DNA of 64,000 nucleotides from Lytechinus pictus (Eukaryota): the NCBI RefSeq assembly GCF_037042905.1, contig NC_087251.1, positions 8,620,001 to 8,684,000 of the forward strand, in the 5' to 3' direction. Positions 12,899 to 25,752 of the stretch are shown in pieces; the stretch's first letter is position 1; each line of letters begins with the position of its first letter. A program made the translations under genes and the position numbers. The notes under the pieces are model-generated. The model searched no databases and was not told the DNA's origin. It saw only the letters and a list, made by a program, of their open reading frames with translations.

Positions 12899-13540
12899 TA
12901 CCTAGTTCCCACACCCACGATTTGCGCCACGATCCAAATAGTGGTTTTACTCGTGGAGCAATCGTAGTGATCTTATCAGATCATATTAGATCAGTCGTGC
13001 AGAGCTGCCAAGTAGTACGAATTTTCCGTGTTTATTTTTTTTACAAAATCGAAATTTATTGAGAAAAATCATCTCTATGTGTCTCTATTTCATAAAACGT
13101 ACACAAATATGGTTATTAGATCAATGTAATTTCAGGTAACTTGTTTTTTTTCAATCATTTTGTAAAAACCAGGGTGAGATATACACAAGTTTCAATGTTT
13201 TTTTTTTTTTTCATCTGCAAGAGCAGTGCACATTTTAGCTTGCATGCAGCTTTAGCGCCGTGATGGGCGAGTGCGCCAAGCATTTTATTATGTCATACAC
13301 TTTTTTGGGGAAAAATACAAAATATTTATCTCACACGGTAAAAATACTGATTTTTTTGTCAAAATACTGATTTTGGGGGATAAGAATACTGAAAATGCAA
13401 AATATACAACTTGGCAGCTCTGGTCGTGGCAATCGTATTGATCGTAGAAGAATTTTGAATGGTTAAAAAACTTTCGCGATCAGTTACGAAAGGAAAATCA
13501 TTGCTTTCTCAAAAGATCGCAAGACAGTGTGAACGAGGTA
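12899..13540. mobile_element. Harbinger-like MITE interrupted by a second insertion
   Basis: Ends TACCTAGTTCCCACAC / GTGTGAACGAGGTA; internal ATCGT/ACGAT repeats; a related copy lies at ~18006-18218. Confidence 0.55.
13000..13422. mobile_element. Nested TIR element with 6-bp target duplication
   Basis: TIR CAGAGCTGCCAAGT / ACTTGGCAGCTCTG; GTCGTG at 12994-12999 and 13423-13428. Confidence 0.75.
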
Positions 13541-14979
13541 TTAACCAAGTTGGTTGTACTTTTCATTAAACCACTCATGTATCTGTATATCCAATTCCTC
13601 TTGGCTTATATATTAATTTGCCTTATCAAATCGTGTTGCCTTAATCCTTTGTCCGATTTTACTATGAATCAAAAGAGGGCTTTAAAATTGAAACCTTATG
13701 AGAAATATTATAATCATACCAAGATTAAAAAAAAAAAAAAAAATCTAGCTCATTACAATCCGCTTTTCAAGGCTTTGGGTTGGACTACTGAAAATCTATG
13801 CTGTCAAACTTTTTCAAAAATATAAGCAGATGCATTCTTCAAAGGTAAATGGTTGTGGTGAATACGCGATGCCATATTGGTGCAATTGCGGTGAATGTTT
13901 GAATAACGAAAAACCAAAGAATCTTTTGTTAACGAGCAAATATTTCATGAAAAGAAACATAGCGCAGAGGATAATCATTGAAAAGGGACGATATTTAAAA
14001 AAAGACTTATTCCTTTTTCTTTCTCTTTGGGTATGAGTTGACTTACCTTTTATGTTCCTGTCATCTTGATGGATTTTCAAAATGGGCTGAAAACGATGGA
14101 AGAAGATTTGCGATGTAACAACCTGTTAGTAATCTGCTTGGATTACAAGATGATAATCTATATCACAAAGAACTTAGGGGTCTCGATGTGTAAAGAAAGC
14201 TACATCTTGCCATTTTAACCACTTTCACCTAAACCGTTAAGACCTGAACAATCTCTTATAACCATGAATACTACTACTATGATCTTTAAATCTTCTCTAC
14301 TGGTGTCACGAGGGTTTCTTCTTTGTTGTAGAGTGCCATCTTGGAAAAGACGAAGAGACAAAAGATGCAGCTAGTAAGCCCCCTCCTCTCCTGCCCACGC
14401 GCTTGCTGTTATGCTTTCACAAAAACAAAATCATAAATTGAATTAGAAATAAAAATGAGGTAAAGTGATACGATAGAGTTGCAAAATGTGCCTTATCATC
14501 ATATTTCATTTTGTTTCCGAGTGTATTCTCCAAGCACCATTCGCTTCACAGTGGCGCACTGGTAAGGGTTTCAATAGGCTGCTCCTCCCGTTACAAAAGT
14601 AGTAAATTATGGATAAATCATTTTTGTATTTTTACTTTTCTTTTAAACATAATATATTTCATCGACATTTATATTGACATCTAAATGCTTTGACTTTGTC
14701 ACACGCCAGATTTCTTTTGCTCGCGCGCTTTGCTCACATGCAAATTTTCCGGAACAACGCACCGTATCAACAACTCAGTCTTCCTTACCGCCCCCCTCAT
14801 ACGCCACTCCCCCCCCCCATCTTGCTTGCTCTGTTCCAGACGTTGACTATCAACATTCACCATCTACACCTGGCTGTGATTGAATGGCAACGTGCTGTCA
14901 TTCTCGTTACTATGGACGAGCCAAATTGTCTTTTTTTTCCAGTGATGATCATTTCATATATCTTCTATAAGATGTAATC

Positions 14980-15365
14980 AAAGATGGAGCGATATCACTT
15001 CCGTATGATTACAACCATCACCGTTTCAAGAACAATTACAACGACAAACAAATACTACATTCCTATTCCTCCTGAGTCATGATACATCTTTATTGTCATA
15101 GCTCATTCCCTTCATGATTTGAATTATTTATCATTTCTTACTTGTAACATCATTGCAGTATTTTTAGTATTATTAATTCACTGTTTTATAGATTTTCACT
15201 GTTTCAGTTATTTTCATTTTCATGTGAGGTGAATGGGTACATGGCAGGATTAATTTCTTGAATGCACACTGAGCACTGGAAGGCAGCTCGAGGTTGAAAT
15301 TAGTCTCGGAATATATTATTTCTATATAGATAGATGACCCTATATAAATGCCTATTATTATTGTT
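14980..15365 (+). mobile_element. Degenerate L2-like LINE 3' end
   Basis: GAGCACTGGAAGGCAGCTC...CTATATAAATGCCTATTATTATT tail resembling L2 3' ends. Confidence 0.35.
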
Positions 15366-15792
15366 GTTTTGGTTGTTTCTTGATTTTTTCGTTAAAAAAT
15401 TAACACGTGTAGCTGGAGACTTCAGAACTAAGAGAAAGTGATTGTAACGCTTACATTTAAAATAATACATTGGATATCAAAAGCGCCTATATAACACTTG
15501 CGCGTGCATATCCTATTTTTTGTTTCCATATAACCGTGACCATTTTGAGTTTTCTTTTAGGAGAATATCTAAATGAACATTTTTATCTGGTGTTTTCTGT
15601 CATCTAAACTCAAAACTTTCCTTTCATAAAATGCCTTCCAATTGAGCCTTCACTAATGAGAATGGGTCGCTGGCCTGCAAATAGGCAACCAATCAGGCCT
15701 TGAAAGAAAGAAGATGCAAAGCCGGAAATCTTACCATTTGTTTTCTCCTGAAAAAACAACAACAAGGAATTAAACGCATTTTCAACTGAGCC

Positions 15793-16674
15793 CAAAGGCG
15801 TCGATCCTGGGGGGGGGGGGGGCAGGGGGGGCGATCGCCCCACCAATGAAAATATTTGGGGGCAAACATATCGTTTTGCCCCCCCCCCCAATAATTCTGC
15901 ATACATGTGCAAAAAGAAAATAAGATTGTAATGTTACACAGAAATCAGCAAGCGAGATCGAGATAAAAAACCTGTTCTTTATTTAAAATCGTGCTCAAAA
16001 TGTCCGCTTTTCAGATTGGAATATAAAAAATTTCAGCTCGCGCTTCGCGCTTGCATCATTTTGTAATAAAACCCCATACTTTTCATGATTAAATAGGTGA
16101 ATAGAATGTCCCGTTTTCAGTTCTTAACCTCAAAAGAACTCCCGCTTCGATTTGCAATAATCTTTTGTTGGATATATATCTTGTTCTTTATTAAAAACGA
16201 TTAAACTCAATTTTTTCAGGTCGAAATATCAAAATTTTCAGCTCGCGCTTCGTGCTCGCATCTATTGTTGTTTTAGATATACCCATCTTAATCTTTAGTA
16301 CCAAAAATACTTAGAATATCAAGCTTTCAGGTCAGAATATAAAGAAATTTCAGCTCGCTCTAGGGACTCGCATTATCTGTTTATGTATCCTCATGAGTTA
16401 CTACAAACAGTCCTAAACAGGTACCTTTTCAGGTTTTCAGGTCAATATACTAAAAAAATTCAGCTCGCGCTTCGCGCTCGCATTAATTTGATGATTATTT
16501 TGTTGGTGAGATATGTGTCTCTTTCATATATTATGTGAGACATATATGTTTACGTATATATATATATAGGCATAAGTGTGTGTGTGTTTGTTTTGTGTGA
16601 TCGAGCGCCTTTTGGACGTTGATTCATGATTTTGCCCCCCCCCCCCCAATCTGAAAAATGGATCGACGCCCCTG
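15793..16674. mobile_element. hAT-type MITE with internal repeats
   Basis: TIR CAAAGGCGTCGATCC / GGATCGACGCCCCTG; 8-bp TSD ACTGAGCC / GCTGAGCC; four internal TTCAGCTCGCGCTTCGCGCTCGCAT-like motifs. Confidence 0.8.
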
Positions 16675-16790
16675 GCTGAGCCTATGGTTAACATATCAAC
16701 TTTGCGTCCTTAACGATGCAGATTCACTAAAGTATCTTATCAGCTGGTACTTCGCTACTATCACAAGAGCTTGTAATTTCTATGCATTTA

Positions 16791-17040
16791 AGAAGATTAA
16801 CACCAAATGAACTTCACTGGTTGCTAACTAAATCTGAACCAGCATAACTTCCATGATATAAGAAGATTTGGGTCTCTTGATTTCAATCGTGGCAAGCAAA
16901 TCTGAACAACCTCCAAAATTAAGAAGATTTTAGTGTTATGAATTTAACTTGCCACCAATCCCATACAAGTACTTCCATAAAAGAAGATTTTAAGTATTAT
17001 AATCTTACTGGTCCCCAATACCATGCAAGCTAACTCCTTT
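16791..17040. repeat. Degenerate ~60-70 bp tandem repeat (4 units)
   Basis: AGAAGATT recurs at 16791, 16861, 16922 and 16982, with shared downstream pieces (AAATCTGAAC, ACTTCCAT, CCAAT..CAT.CAAG). Confidence 0.55.
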
Positions 17041-17078
17041 AAACAGTGCGAAGAAGAGAGCTATAATTTAACCACCTT

Positions 17079-17209
17079 TTATCCATTTTTGTTCATATAA
17101 TATCTGAGCAGCTGGTAGGCAGGTGTGGAGTGGTTTTCACGCCGCTCGTAGTGGCCGAGGATGATGGCGTCGTGGGGGTCGACTCGTAGACAGAGTGCTA
17201 TCAGCCACA
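17079..17209 (-). CDS. Candidate small secreted peptide precursor, exon 2 (terminal)
   Basis: GC-rich island; branch-point-like ACTAAC followed by TCTTTGGCAG acceptor; phase 1 joins exon 1; (L)WLIALCLRVDPHDAIILGHYERRENHSTPAYQLLRYYMNKNG then TAA. Confidence 0.5.
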
Positions 17210-18455
17210 CTGCCAAAGATCACTGTTAGTTGAAGAAGAATGGTTTAGATGAATGCGAAATTAATATCAATGAGAGTAATGACATTGATATGATTGTGAT
17301 TATGATGATGATGACAATGGTTAGAATGATGACGATGATTGTGCTTATGATGGTGATTATAATAATAATAAAAATAATAAGATTCTTGCCACTCATATAT
17401 GAATTTAATGGTTATTTAATATGTACAATTTAAAAAAGTAGATCTCTAATGCCATGTATCACTAAAGCCATGTATACATGGTATACATATTTGTAATTTG
17501 TATGTTTTATTTCGATGCGGCACTTCATTCCAGTTATGTATACATATTTTAAACGATCTGCCTTACAATGGTTCTAAGTTTGAGTGTTCACATTTTCACT
17601 TACTCACACACACACCCACGCCCACACACACCCACGCCCACACACCCCCACCCGCCCTCACACACACACTATCTCTCTCTCTCTTCTCTCTATCTTTCTC
17701 TATCGTCACTATAGCTCTTCCTCCTGTTCTCTTTCTTCTTTTATTCTCTTTCTCAATCTCAGTTCTCTTTCTCACTTCCTACCGAGCTTCTCCCTGGTTG
17801 GTCAGTATTCTCTGTTATTTGGCAGCATTTATTTTAAATATTATTCAATTATTTGTTTGTCGTGATGAAGATGCATGTCATGATTTTAGACATGCGTCTC
17901 CACCATGATAAACAACATTTCTATTTGTTGTTTTTATCGTTTCTTAAGAAGTAAATTTCTTGTGATTTTTTTAATTTTTATTGCATATTGAAGTGTTTTA
18001 TGTGATACCTAGTATCGAGTGTCACAATTCGTGCAACGATTGAAACTGTGATCTAAAATTGTTGAATAATCATATTGATCGTGGCAGATCTTACCAGATC
18101 TTGAAGTCGGTCATGGCAATCGTTGTGATTGCAGAGAAAAAATTTAGACGGCTCAAATGTTTTCCGATCAGCTACGAAATATCAATCGTAACGGATGCAC
18201 AACAGTGGGAAAGAGGCATAATGGGTTAAATTCGGCTTGTTGGCCTTCAATAATGATACAATAAACCGACTTATGAGTGCATAAATAAATAAATAATAAA
18301 TAAATAAATGGATGAATGACTGAATGAATAAATTAATTAATTAATAAACGAATGAATGAATGAATAAATAATAATGAAGAAGAAGAAGATGATGATGATG
18401 ATGATGCTGCTGATGATGATATTAATAATATTGACAATGATAATGATAATGATAT

Positions 18456-18595
18456 AATATTGACTGGCCTGAGGGGAACATCAAATATATTGCCCGCAAT
18501 AGAACCATATTGCCCTCGTCTAAAGACTCGGGTCAATATCAGTGATTCTATTGCGGGCAATATATTCAATGTTCCCCCCAAGGCCAGTCAATATA
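18456..18595. mobile_element. Palindromic hairpin MITE (~140 bp)
   Basis: ATATTGACTGGCCT..GGGGAACAT..AATATATTGCCCGCAATAGAA mirrored by TTCTATTGCGGGCAATATATT..ATGTTCCCC..AGGCCAGTCAATAT. Confidence 0.75.
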
Positions 18596-20801
18596 TAATT
18601 ATAATTACATCGATATATTGTTATAACATGATGATAACAATAATGGTAAGTATAGTTGTATAATTTTAATACGACAAAGATGTTAATGATAACTTATGAT
18701 ATTGAGAATAGTGTACAGAAATAAGTGTACAGAATGGTTATATTTTATCTAACACCGTCTTACAAAATCGTTCGATTGTGAAAGTTTTCACTTTCAAATC
18801 TTAGGAATGATAAAAGAATAAATAATAGACAACAAAGAAAAGAAATGTAAAAGGGAGAAGAATTAAGGGGAGCGAAAATTAAAAGTAAGAACATTTCAAA
18901 CACGAAGTGGAAAAAAGTTGGCCTAAACCATGTAGACAGGAAAGAAGAAACTAATAAATCTTATTAAGTTTGTATCGGACAGCTTCAAGTAGATGGAGGC
19001 GTTCAGTCAGCATGTGATGTTTGCTACTACTCAAGTTAGTATGAGATCCAGCCCTACTTTTGTTTATTTTCTCTTCACCATCTTCGTATTTTCATCACTT
19101 CTCAGCGATCTAAGTGCTTGCAGCCAATTGTAAGTTAGCGAGCTTGCACACAACCACTGGCATTCTTTAATATATTCATTGATGTCCGAAGCGAGAGTAC
19201 AATCATCAAAGAAAGAAGATCGAAAAAGGGATATTTCAAAATGACTCTGCTTCTCATCACATCATTGTACTTTGATGTTGCCATGGGAACGACATGATAG
19301 ACAAGTGTCACACCCTCTATCTTGTGGAGATGTGAAGTTTCTAAGGAGATAGCTAACATGTAACCAGTTTCTTGCCCTCGAGGAATATAGCAAACGATAT
19401 TTCTATGATTTGTAGGCTTTAAAAAAACGAAAAAGAAATATGAAAGTAAGAGAAAGGCAGAGAGAGGGGCGGGGGTGCAAAAGAAAGGGGTTATGATGAC
19501 TTAGATTTTAAATTTGAATCAAATCATTCTTTGTGCTTTCGGCTATAATTTATTATCGAACAAAGCATTCACGCCCAATTAGAATTAAACACATTATTAT
19601 ATGACTTCACATAATACTTAACATCTCAAGTAATCTCGTTTATTGAAAAAAAAAACATCAATATCAAACAACAATAATTTTGTTTAAATTCTAATCTCAT
19701 CAATACAATTATATAAAGAAACTGTCATGAATGCACTATTGGTAGATAATGAGAAAAATAAAGTGAGAGTGACCTATGTGACCCTCGTATCATGCAACAT
19801 GTAGTGTGAGTCACTAAATAAATTTGAAGTAAAAGGTCTGACACCCCTTCATCTCGGCCTCCGCAGGGGGTATAAGTAGCTCGTTAAGTGGATGCTAAGT
19901 GCGAGCAATACACTTGAACATCAACTGTCACATGTAATTATCTCTTTTGTTCTTTTCGATCCAAGCAAGTAACATCTCTATGTGGGATCGTGCCCATAAC
20001 AATCCATGCATTCTACTCAGTCTGATTCTCTTCCCCCTTCCCCCGTTCTGTATACCGGGGTAAGTAGCACTGGAATAAAGTCGGTTATCATCTCAAATTT
20101 TAAAAATCTAAACGAACTTAAAAAACACATATTGGCCTTATTCTCCTAATTTGTGTGATGTTTTTACTTCAATCCATATACATGTCCATGTCGGGTTTCA
20201 TTTGAGCATTATAATCGCTGTTATAAAAGTTCCATCAATGATTAGGGGAATATTGCAGCATTCATTTCATTTGATAGATTAGTTTTATTGGTAAATAAAT
20301 ACACATTCATGGAAAATACGACGAACGCGTCTGAAAATAAATCGTTTATATTTATCTCTAGAAAAATTATGCTAAATGAAAAGAAAGATGCCGCATACCG
20401 GATCTGACACGTGCGAGGAGTTTTGTGACTCATACGTAGGTATGGTAAGAATAAAAATGAAAACGATTGATGTAACTCGCAAACATTTCTCAAGAAAGAA
20501 AGAAATTCGCAAGGGATACATAGGGGTTCGGGATTCATGGGATTATTAAGAAAAGGTCAAATTGTCCAATCGGCTGAATTATTCCAAGAAATTTGATGCA
20601 AAGGACTACATTGAAAACAATTTAAGAACTAGACCTACCCCTTAGAGATAGAGACATGAGAGAGGGGGTGGTGTATGAGACGGGGTTCGGTGGAGGGCTT
20701 CAGTTACCCCATGGGCACCGCCAGAGTACTTTGTTCTGTGCAAGATTACATAAAGGTGGGGGGGGGGTTTAATGATAAATAAGTACCCGCATACTGAATA
20801 A

Positions 20802-21471
20802 TACCCCTTTCATATTGCGCCTTTCACCGGCGAAGTTCGCCAGCGAAGGGGAAAGTGTCCAGTATGAAAGGTACACAGGAGAACTTCACCGGTGAAGTTC
20901 GCCGGTGAACTTCTCCACCTCTAGAGGTGGAGAACTTCGCCGGCGAAACTGTTTCACCGGCGAAGTTCGCCGGTGAAAAGGCCAGTATGAAAGCAAACCG
21001 GAGAACTTTTCCTCTTTAATGACGTCAGATGTCAATTTTTTTCTCTCCCGAAGTCCCCTGCACCGAGATTCCGCGCGCGATCGTTGCAAGCTCAGCTGAA
21101 TGCTATGGCCAAGTAGATACCCTCGAACATTTTTTTTTTTTACTAACAATATTTATTAAAAAGCACTTTTTACATGTATAAAATGCGCTAAGATATAAAA
21201 ACAAGGTGATATTGTTTGTTTTTATTGTAATACTTCCAAAATATGTTGTAATTATTTTTTTTGATACCTTTTTGTAATAGGTAAGAAGTAATGTTTACAA
21301 TTTTCTTTCGTTTGTTCTGCAATCGCCCGTTGACTTTCGCCGGGGAAGAAAATAATGTCAGTGCGAAAGGGTACATTTTTTTCTTCGCCGGGGAAGTGAG
21401 GAATGCGAGGCGGAGAAGTTCGCCGGCGAAGTTCGCCGGTGAAAAATGAAGAGGGCAGTATGAAAGGGGTA
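20802..21471. mobile_element. PIF/Harbinger-type MITE
   Basis: TIR TACCCCTTTCATA / TATGAAAGGGGTA, TAA TSD, many internal CCGGCGAAGTTCGCCGG palindromes. Confidence 0.8.
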
Positions 21472-23670
21472 TAAGATAGCGACCAAGTCAGTTCTATTCC
21501 TACATTTTGTTCTATCCTATTTCTGTCTATTGTTCTCCGTTTCTTTATTTTCTTTTCTTTTTTTCACTCCGTGTGCCCGCCCTCAAAAGACCACGGGAAA
21601 CACCAATCCTCGTTGAATAAATAACGTGATAGTAAAAAATTATATATTAAGTGACTCAAACAACAGTGTACAATTTACATAGTTTGTCCCAACTTTTCTG
21701 ACATAGCAAGAAATAATACTCATTAATAGTATCTTGGACGCAGTTTGCAATATACAAATAAATCCATGTATACTTTGATTGTGACCAGGGCACAAACATC
21801 GAACCAACCGCATCAATCCGTAACTCCCCACTTTATAATAATCATATTTCTTAGACATTCTAAGATCTTGCTTAAGGTACACTTAACCAACAAGTTAAAT
21901 GGTCGAAATAGTATAATTTTAAAAAGATATCTAGGGGAGACGAGTCAGCTCCGAGTGAGAAATTTAGCTTTGATGGCGTCACCTTGAGGAGATAAGTGGT
22001 GAAAAGGCGCGAGTTGGTAATGATCGCATGCTAACCACACTCAATGTTTAAGTACTTCCGACGGTATTTTGTAGGCCAGCAGGGCAAGAAAGAGGCCAAA
22101 CAATCGTATATCTTACTTGTTTGTTAAACTTCGCTTTGGATAGCCGCTCGTGTCACTTATCCCCTGTTGTCGGTTAATTATGAGCCATTTCTCTGTGTAT
22201 CGATCTTTAATACCACGCCTTTCTCGCTGTTTCCCCTCGCTCAGACAATAGATAAGGACTATTTACCAATAATAGAGACAATCACAATAGTGCCAAAGAC
22301 AGGAAACAACAAACAGGTGTCATCTTATTATATCCCCTGAATAAAAAACTAAAAAGTATAGCTTTTGGAAACGTGAATGAAAGTAAAATACGCACAGGTG
22401 TGCTGATAATTGAAAAATCTAGTCCAATGGTTTTATCGACGATGAAACCATTTTTTAACAATTTTATTGACTGGATCTCCTCCAACGACATCACTGTGCC
22501 TCCACAAAACAGTAATTTAACATCAGATTGCTGTTACATACGTAAGACAATAATTTATAAATCATGAATAATTATATATTATGATATTTCTTCTTGGTAC
22601 ATAGTACGACCAATGTGCTGAAGCTCATTGGTCCGACCATTTTGAGATTCCAGCCCAAATTCAGTAAGACCAATATACTCATTAATAAAATGTGTAAAGA
22701 TACTCGAATCCAGTACAAGTGCATTAGAAGGCGGTAAGAAAGACAAATCATCAGAGAGCTCACAACGATTGTAAAGGGGTTCCCTCTTCCCCTCAATCCC
22801 GACAAGTAAATAAAAAAAAAATAGAAGGGAGAATTAGTCATCGGGCAACTTCTATTAGGATTTTCCCCCTGTATACCTCGTGTTTACTTTGTGACTGTAC
22901 TTTCTTTCTCTTTACAATAAACCATAAATTGAAATGGGGAGCTACTGTTTGGAAAACAGACCAGTTTTAAGCTTTATCTGTGGTTCTTTTTAAATACTAC
23001 TTCGCACTTTCTCTTCTTCATAGAGGGGTTAAGGCCCTACCTGCCACCATTGACTGGTAGGATTTAACATTTGAGTGACCTGGTGTCATTGACTTAATGT
23101 GGGAGATGATACATTGGAAATTTGACCTGGATGAACTTTCTTTCGAATGTAATTTGATGGGGCATAATTATGACAAGTTGCTTCTCACAATTATCTCACT
23201 GCTTTTTTGTGACATTTATCGGTGTATTTTTTTTATACTTCGTAGCAGTTCCTTTATTTCCAATAACATATCATTCTACTCTGATCATCTTCGACTTTCG
23301 CTATAATAGTTTCCCATAAATATTTGTTGTGCATGTGCCTTTCAAATAGGACGGTCACCTTTTAGATGTCACAACAAATTCCAAAACAGTACCCATCCAA
23401 AAATAACTGATATCGCCTAGTTACAAAAAGTCCGATAGCAAATCTATATTGCCCATTACCTGGTGTCGTCCTTGAGGCATTGTTCATACCCATTTTGATC
23501 TCCTTTTGCCCTTTCTTGAGCCGTGACTACATTAAGTCTTAATCGGTGCATGGCTAATCCGAACCTCTTGCAAAATACTAAATTATTAATGATGTGTTTA
23601 TCAGAGCAGTGTGATGTACCCCCAGGTAGACCTGAGGCCCAATCACACTCTCAGGAAGTCAGACTCTTAC

Positions 23671-23692
23671 AAAAGACCGCCCGCGGTCCCAT
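23671..23692 (-). CDS. Candidate small secreted peptide precursor, exon 1 coding part
   Basis: Good Kozak ATT-ATG-G; MGPRAVF plus 1 nt, then GTAAGA donor; lies ~235 nt downstream of an Inr-like TCAGT and a CCAAT-box promoter. Confidence 0.45.
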
Positions 23693-23919
23693 AATAGTAC
23701 CCCTGTGTTCAACGACAAGAGTTCGTGTTGTCCGGTGAGCTATTTTGTCATGTTACTGGTTCTGGGATCAGATAGAATGAAAGAGTTGGATCGATCGGGT
23801 GTTGGATGGGGTAACAGCCCAGAAAAGGGGAAACAATCGGCCAAGTTGTAAACAAGATTCAAGCTTTTGTGTTTGATTGTCTTTGGAATGTCAGCCGAGT
23901 TCGATCCGTTTGATTTGGG

Positions 23920-24055
23920 AGCGCGACTGATCAACTTTCCTCGACGAAAACAACTTCTCAAGAAATGCCCTAGTCACGTGACGTATCGACACAACCCTGT
24001 CAGGTAGCATTGGACCAATCAGCGAAGAAGAATCAAAGTGATCCACCAATAGAGT
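23920..24055 (-). promoter_or_regulatory. Putative Pol II promoter
   Basis: Inr-like TCAGT on the minus strand (~23926-23930), GTCACGTGAC E-box overlapping TGACGT (~23972-23983), ATTGGACCAAT double CCAAT (24009-24019), further CCAAT at ~24045. Confidence 0.55.
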
Positions 24056-25315
24056 ACATCTATAGATACAATGTACGGCAAATAAAATTATAAGAGTTAA
24101 TTAAAAGTTTTTGTTTTAACTCCACCTGGAATTTCCCAGTACCCCTTTCCTTGGTCTATGACCTTCATTCCACCCCCATCTCAATATAATTATCTTTATC
24201 GTAATGTGCATTTGTTAAGATATCGATGTATTGATTAGGATTTCTTTATTGAGTTATATCCATGAGACTTGTTTATGCGATGTTGAATGAAGACCATGAA
24301 AGCTGCTTGTTTGTGCATACTGAGCATAAAAGACCCTGAACAAAAGTTGTTTATGCGTTAAGTAAATTTTCGACAATTTTTCTTTTCACTTCTTTTATTC
24401 TTTTGTTTTCTTCATGTACTCTTCTTTATTTAGAATATGAAAAATATAAATCTTGCATACTTCCATGTCAGTTTTTTACAAAACAAAAATTAAAATGTAA
24501 TCAATCCAGACTTGCAATCATTGTAAAAACAAACAAACATAAATGTACGTTATTTGTAGATTTTTTTGGAGATTATTAAAGCGATAATGGAAGCTACATT
24601 TTATAAACAATGAACAGATGCTACATTTTATAAACAATGAACAGATATGCATGTATTTTAATGGTATAAAAAATCAATAAAATGAGTGTCTTCTATTTCA
24701 TTCTGTGAATGTTTATGAACTGAAGAGCAGACAAATCGACAAGGAAATCAGAATAGTAACCCTTCGGACGAAAGGATTAATACCTTTGGGGTTTTGAATT
24801 CTTCATCGCATTTGCCCAATTTGTTTCCTTGTTGTAATAGAATTAAAACATTAACATTCCACAATAATATTGATTGATCTTGGCAAAACAAGTACTTTTC
24901 AAAAGCTTGCTGTATAAACGAACCATTCTTTATTTTCACGTCACATCAAAATCTAAACAAGTTCTCTAATAACAATCAAATGTTTCCGCATTCTCATGGT
25001 TTTTGGGAAACAGGGCCTAGGGTAAGCGTTTGCAGAAATAAAGAATTGTTATATGAATCACGGGATTTGATAGCACTCTGACTGAAACACACATGTATAT
25101 GGTACAGGAAGCTGCTTCACAACTGAGATGAAACACTGACACAATATACGAGGGGAAAGGAAGGTGGGCCGATTTTTTTTTTGGTCATTACATGTGCGCC
25201 CAATGCGAGAGGACAGTGGAAATTAGATATATTAGGGTTAATTTTGTCACGCTACGCCTCATGAATATTCATGGCACGAAACGTTATGATATATCGTGAT
25301 TTCCGACCCTCCGAT

Positions 25316-25417
25316 CAACTCGATTGGTGTGACTCAATCAGTAACACAATGGTGCATTCGATTTCTTGGATGCAGGTTCGAGACTCGCCTAGAACGAGTT
25401 GTCAAATACATATTTTT
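25316..25417 (+). ncRNA. Candidate Pol III small RNA (vault-RNA-like or tRNA-derived)
   Basis: A-box-like TGACTCAATCAGT (25330-25342), B-box GGTTCGAGACTC (25375-25386), terminal stem CAACTCG/CGAGTTG, T5 at 25413-25417, upstream TATA-like GATATATC. Confidence 0.3.
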
Positions 25418-25606
25418 GAGTTAAAAATTGAGGCAAGACTCTGAGAAAATAAAAGCCCAAGATTTTGTAATCTGATTCAAAGCCTCTTAAACACATATTC
25501 TATTCCCACTGCCCTCTCGCGTCGGATGCACAAGTACTGATGAAAAAAAAAACTCGTGGGCGGAGGAGGGATTGGCGGTGACCTCCTGAAACGACTTCTC
25601 AGTTAT

Positions 25607-25752
25607 AATCTCAGTCACATTTGCTCTACGGCGGCCGTACGGAGAGTCGAAAATATCCGTTTTCAGCATAATAGGTGGTTTGAATAAAAATGAATAAATC
25701 GGCTGTATTCGACTCGCCGTACGGCCGCCGTAGAGCAAATATGACTGAGGTA
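25607..25752. mobile_element. Short fold-back MITE
   Basis: Arms CTCAGTCACATTTGCTCTACGGCGGCCGTACGG / CCGTACGGCCGCCGTAGAGCAAATATGACTGAG. Confidence 0.75.

Noticed and set aside
17079..17140. PAYQLLRYY resembles neuropeptide Y PAEDMARYY
   Set aside because: Very short match, and the diagnostic C-terminal RxRY/F-amide is absent; not enough to call NPY/NPF homology.
17195..17225. TGGCAGTGTGG (minus) resembles the miR-34 5' end; alternatively TGT GGC TGA TAG as a Cys-Gly-Sec ending
   Set aside because: I saw no pre-miRNA hairpin, and no upstream exon supplies the Sec frame; the sequence is better explained as a splice acceptor.
17230..17908. ORFs 17230-17433, 17498-17908 and 17584-17865
   Set aside because: Translations of (GAT)n, (CA)n and (CT)n simple repeats.
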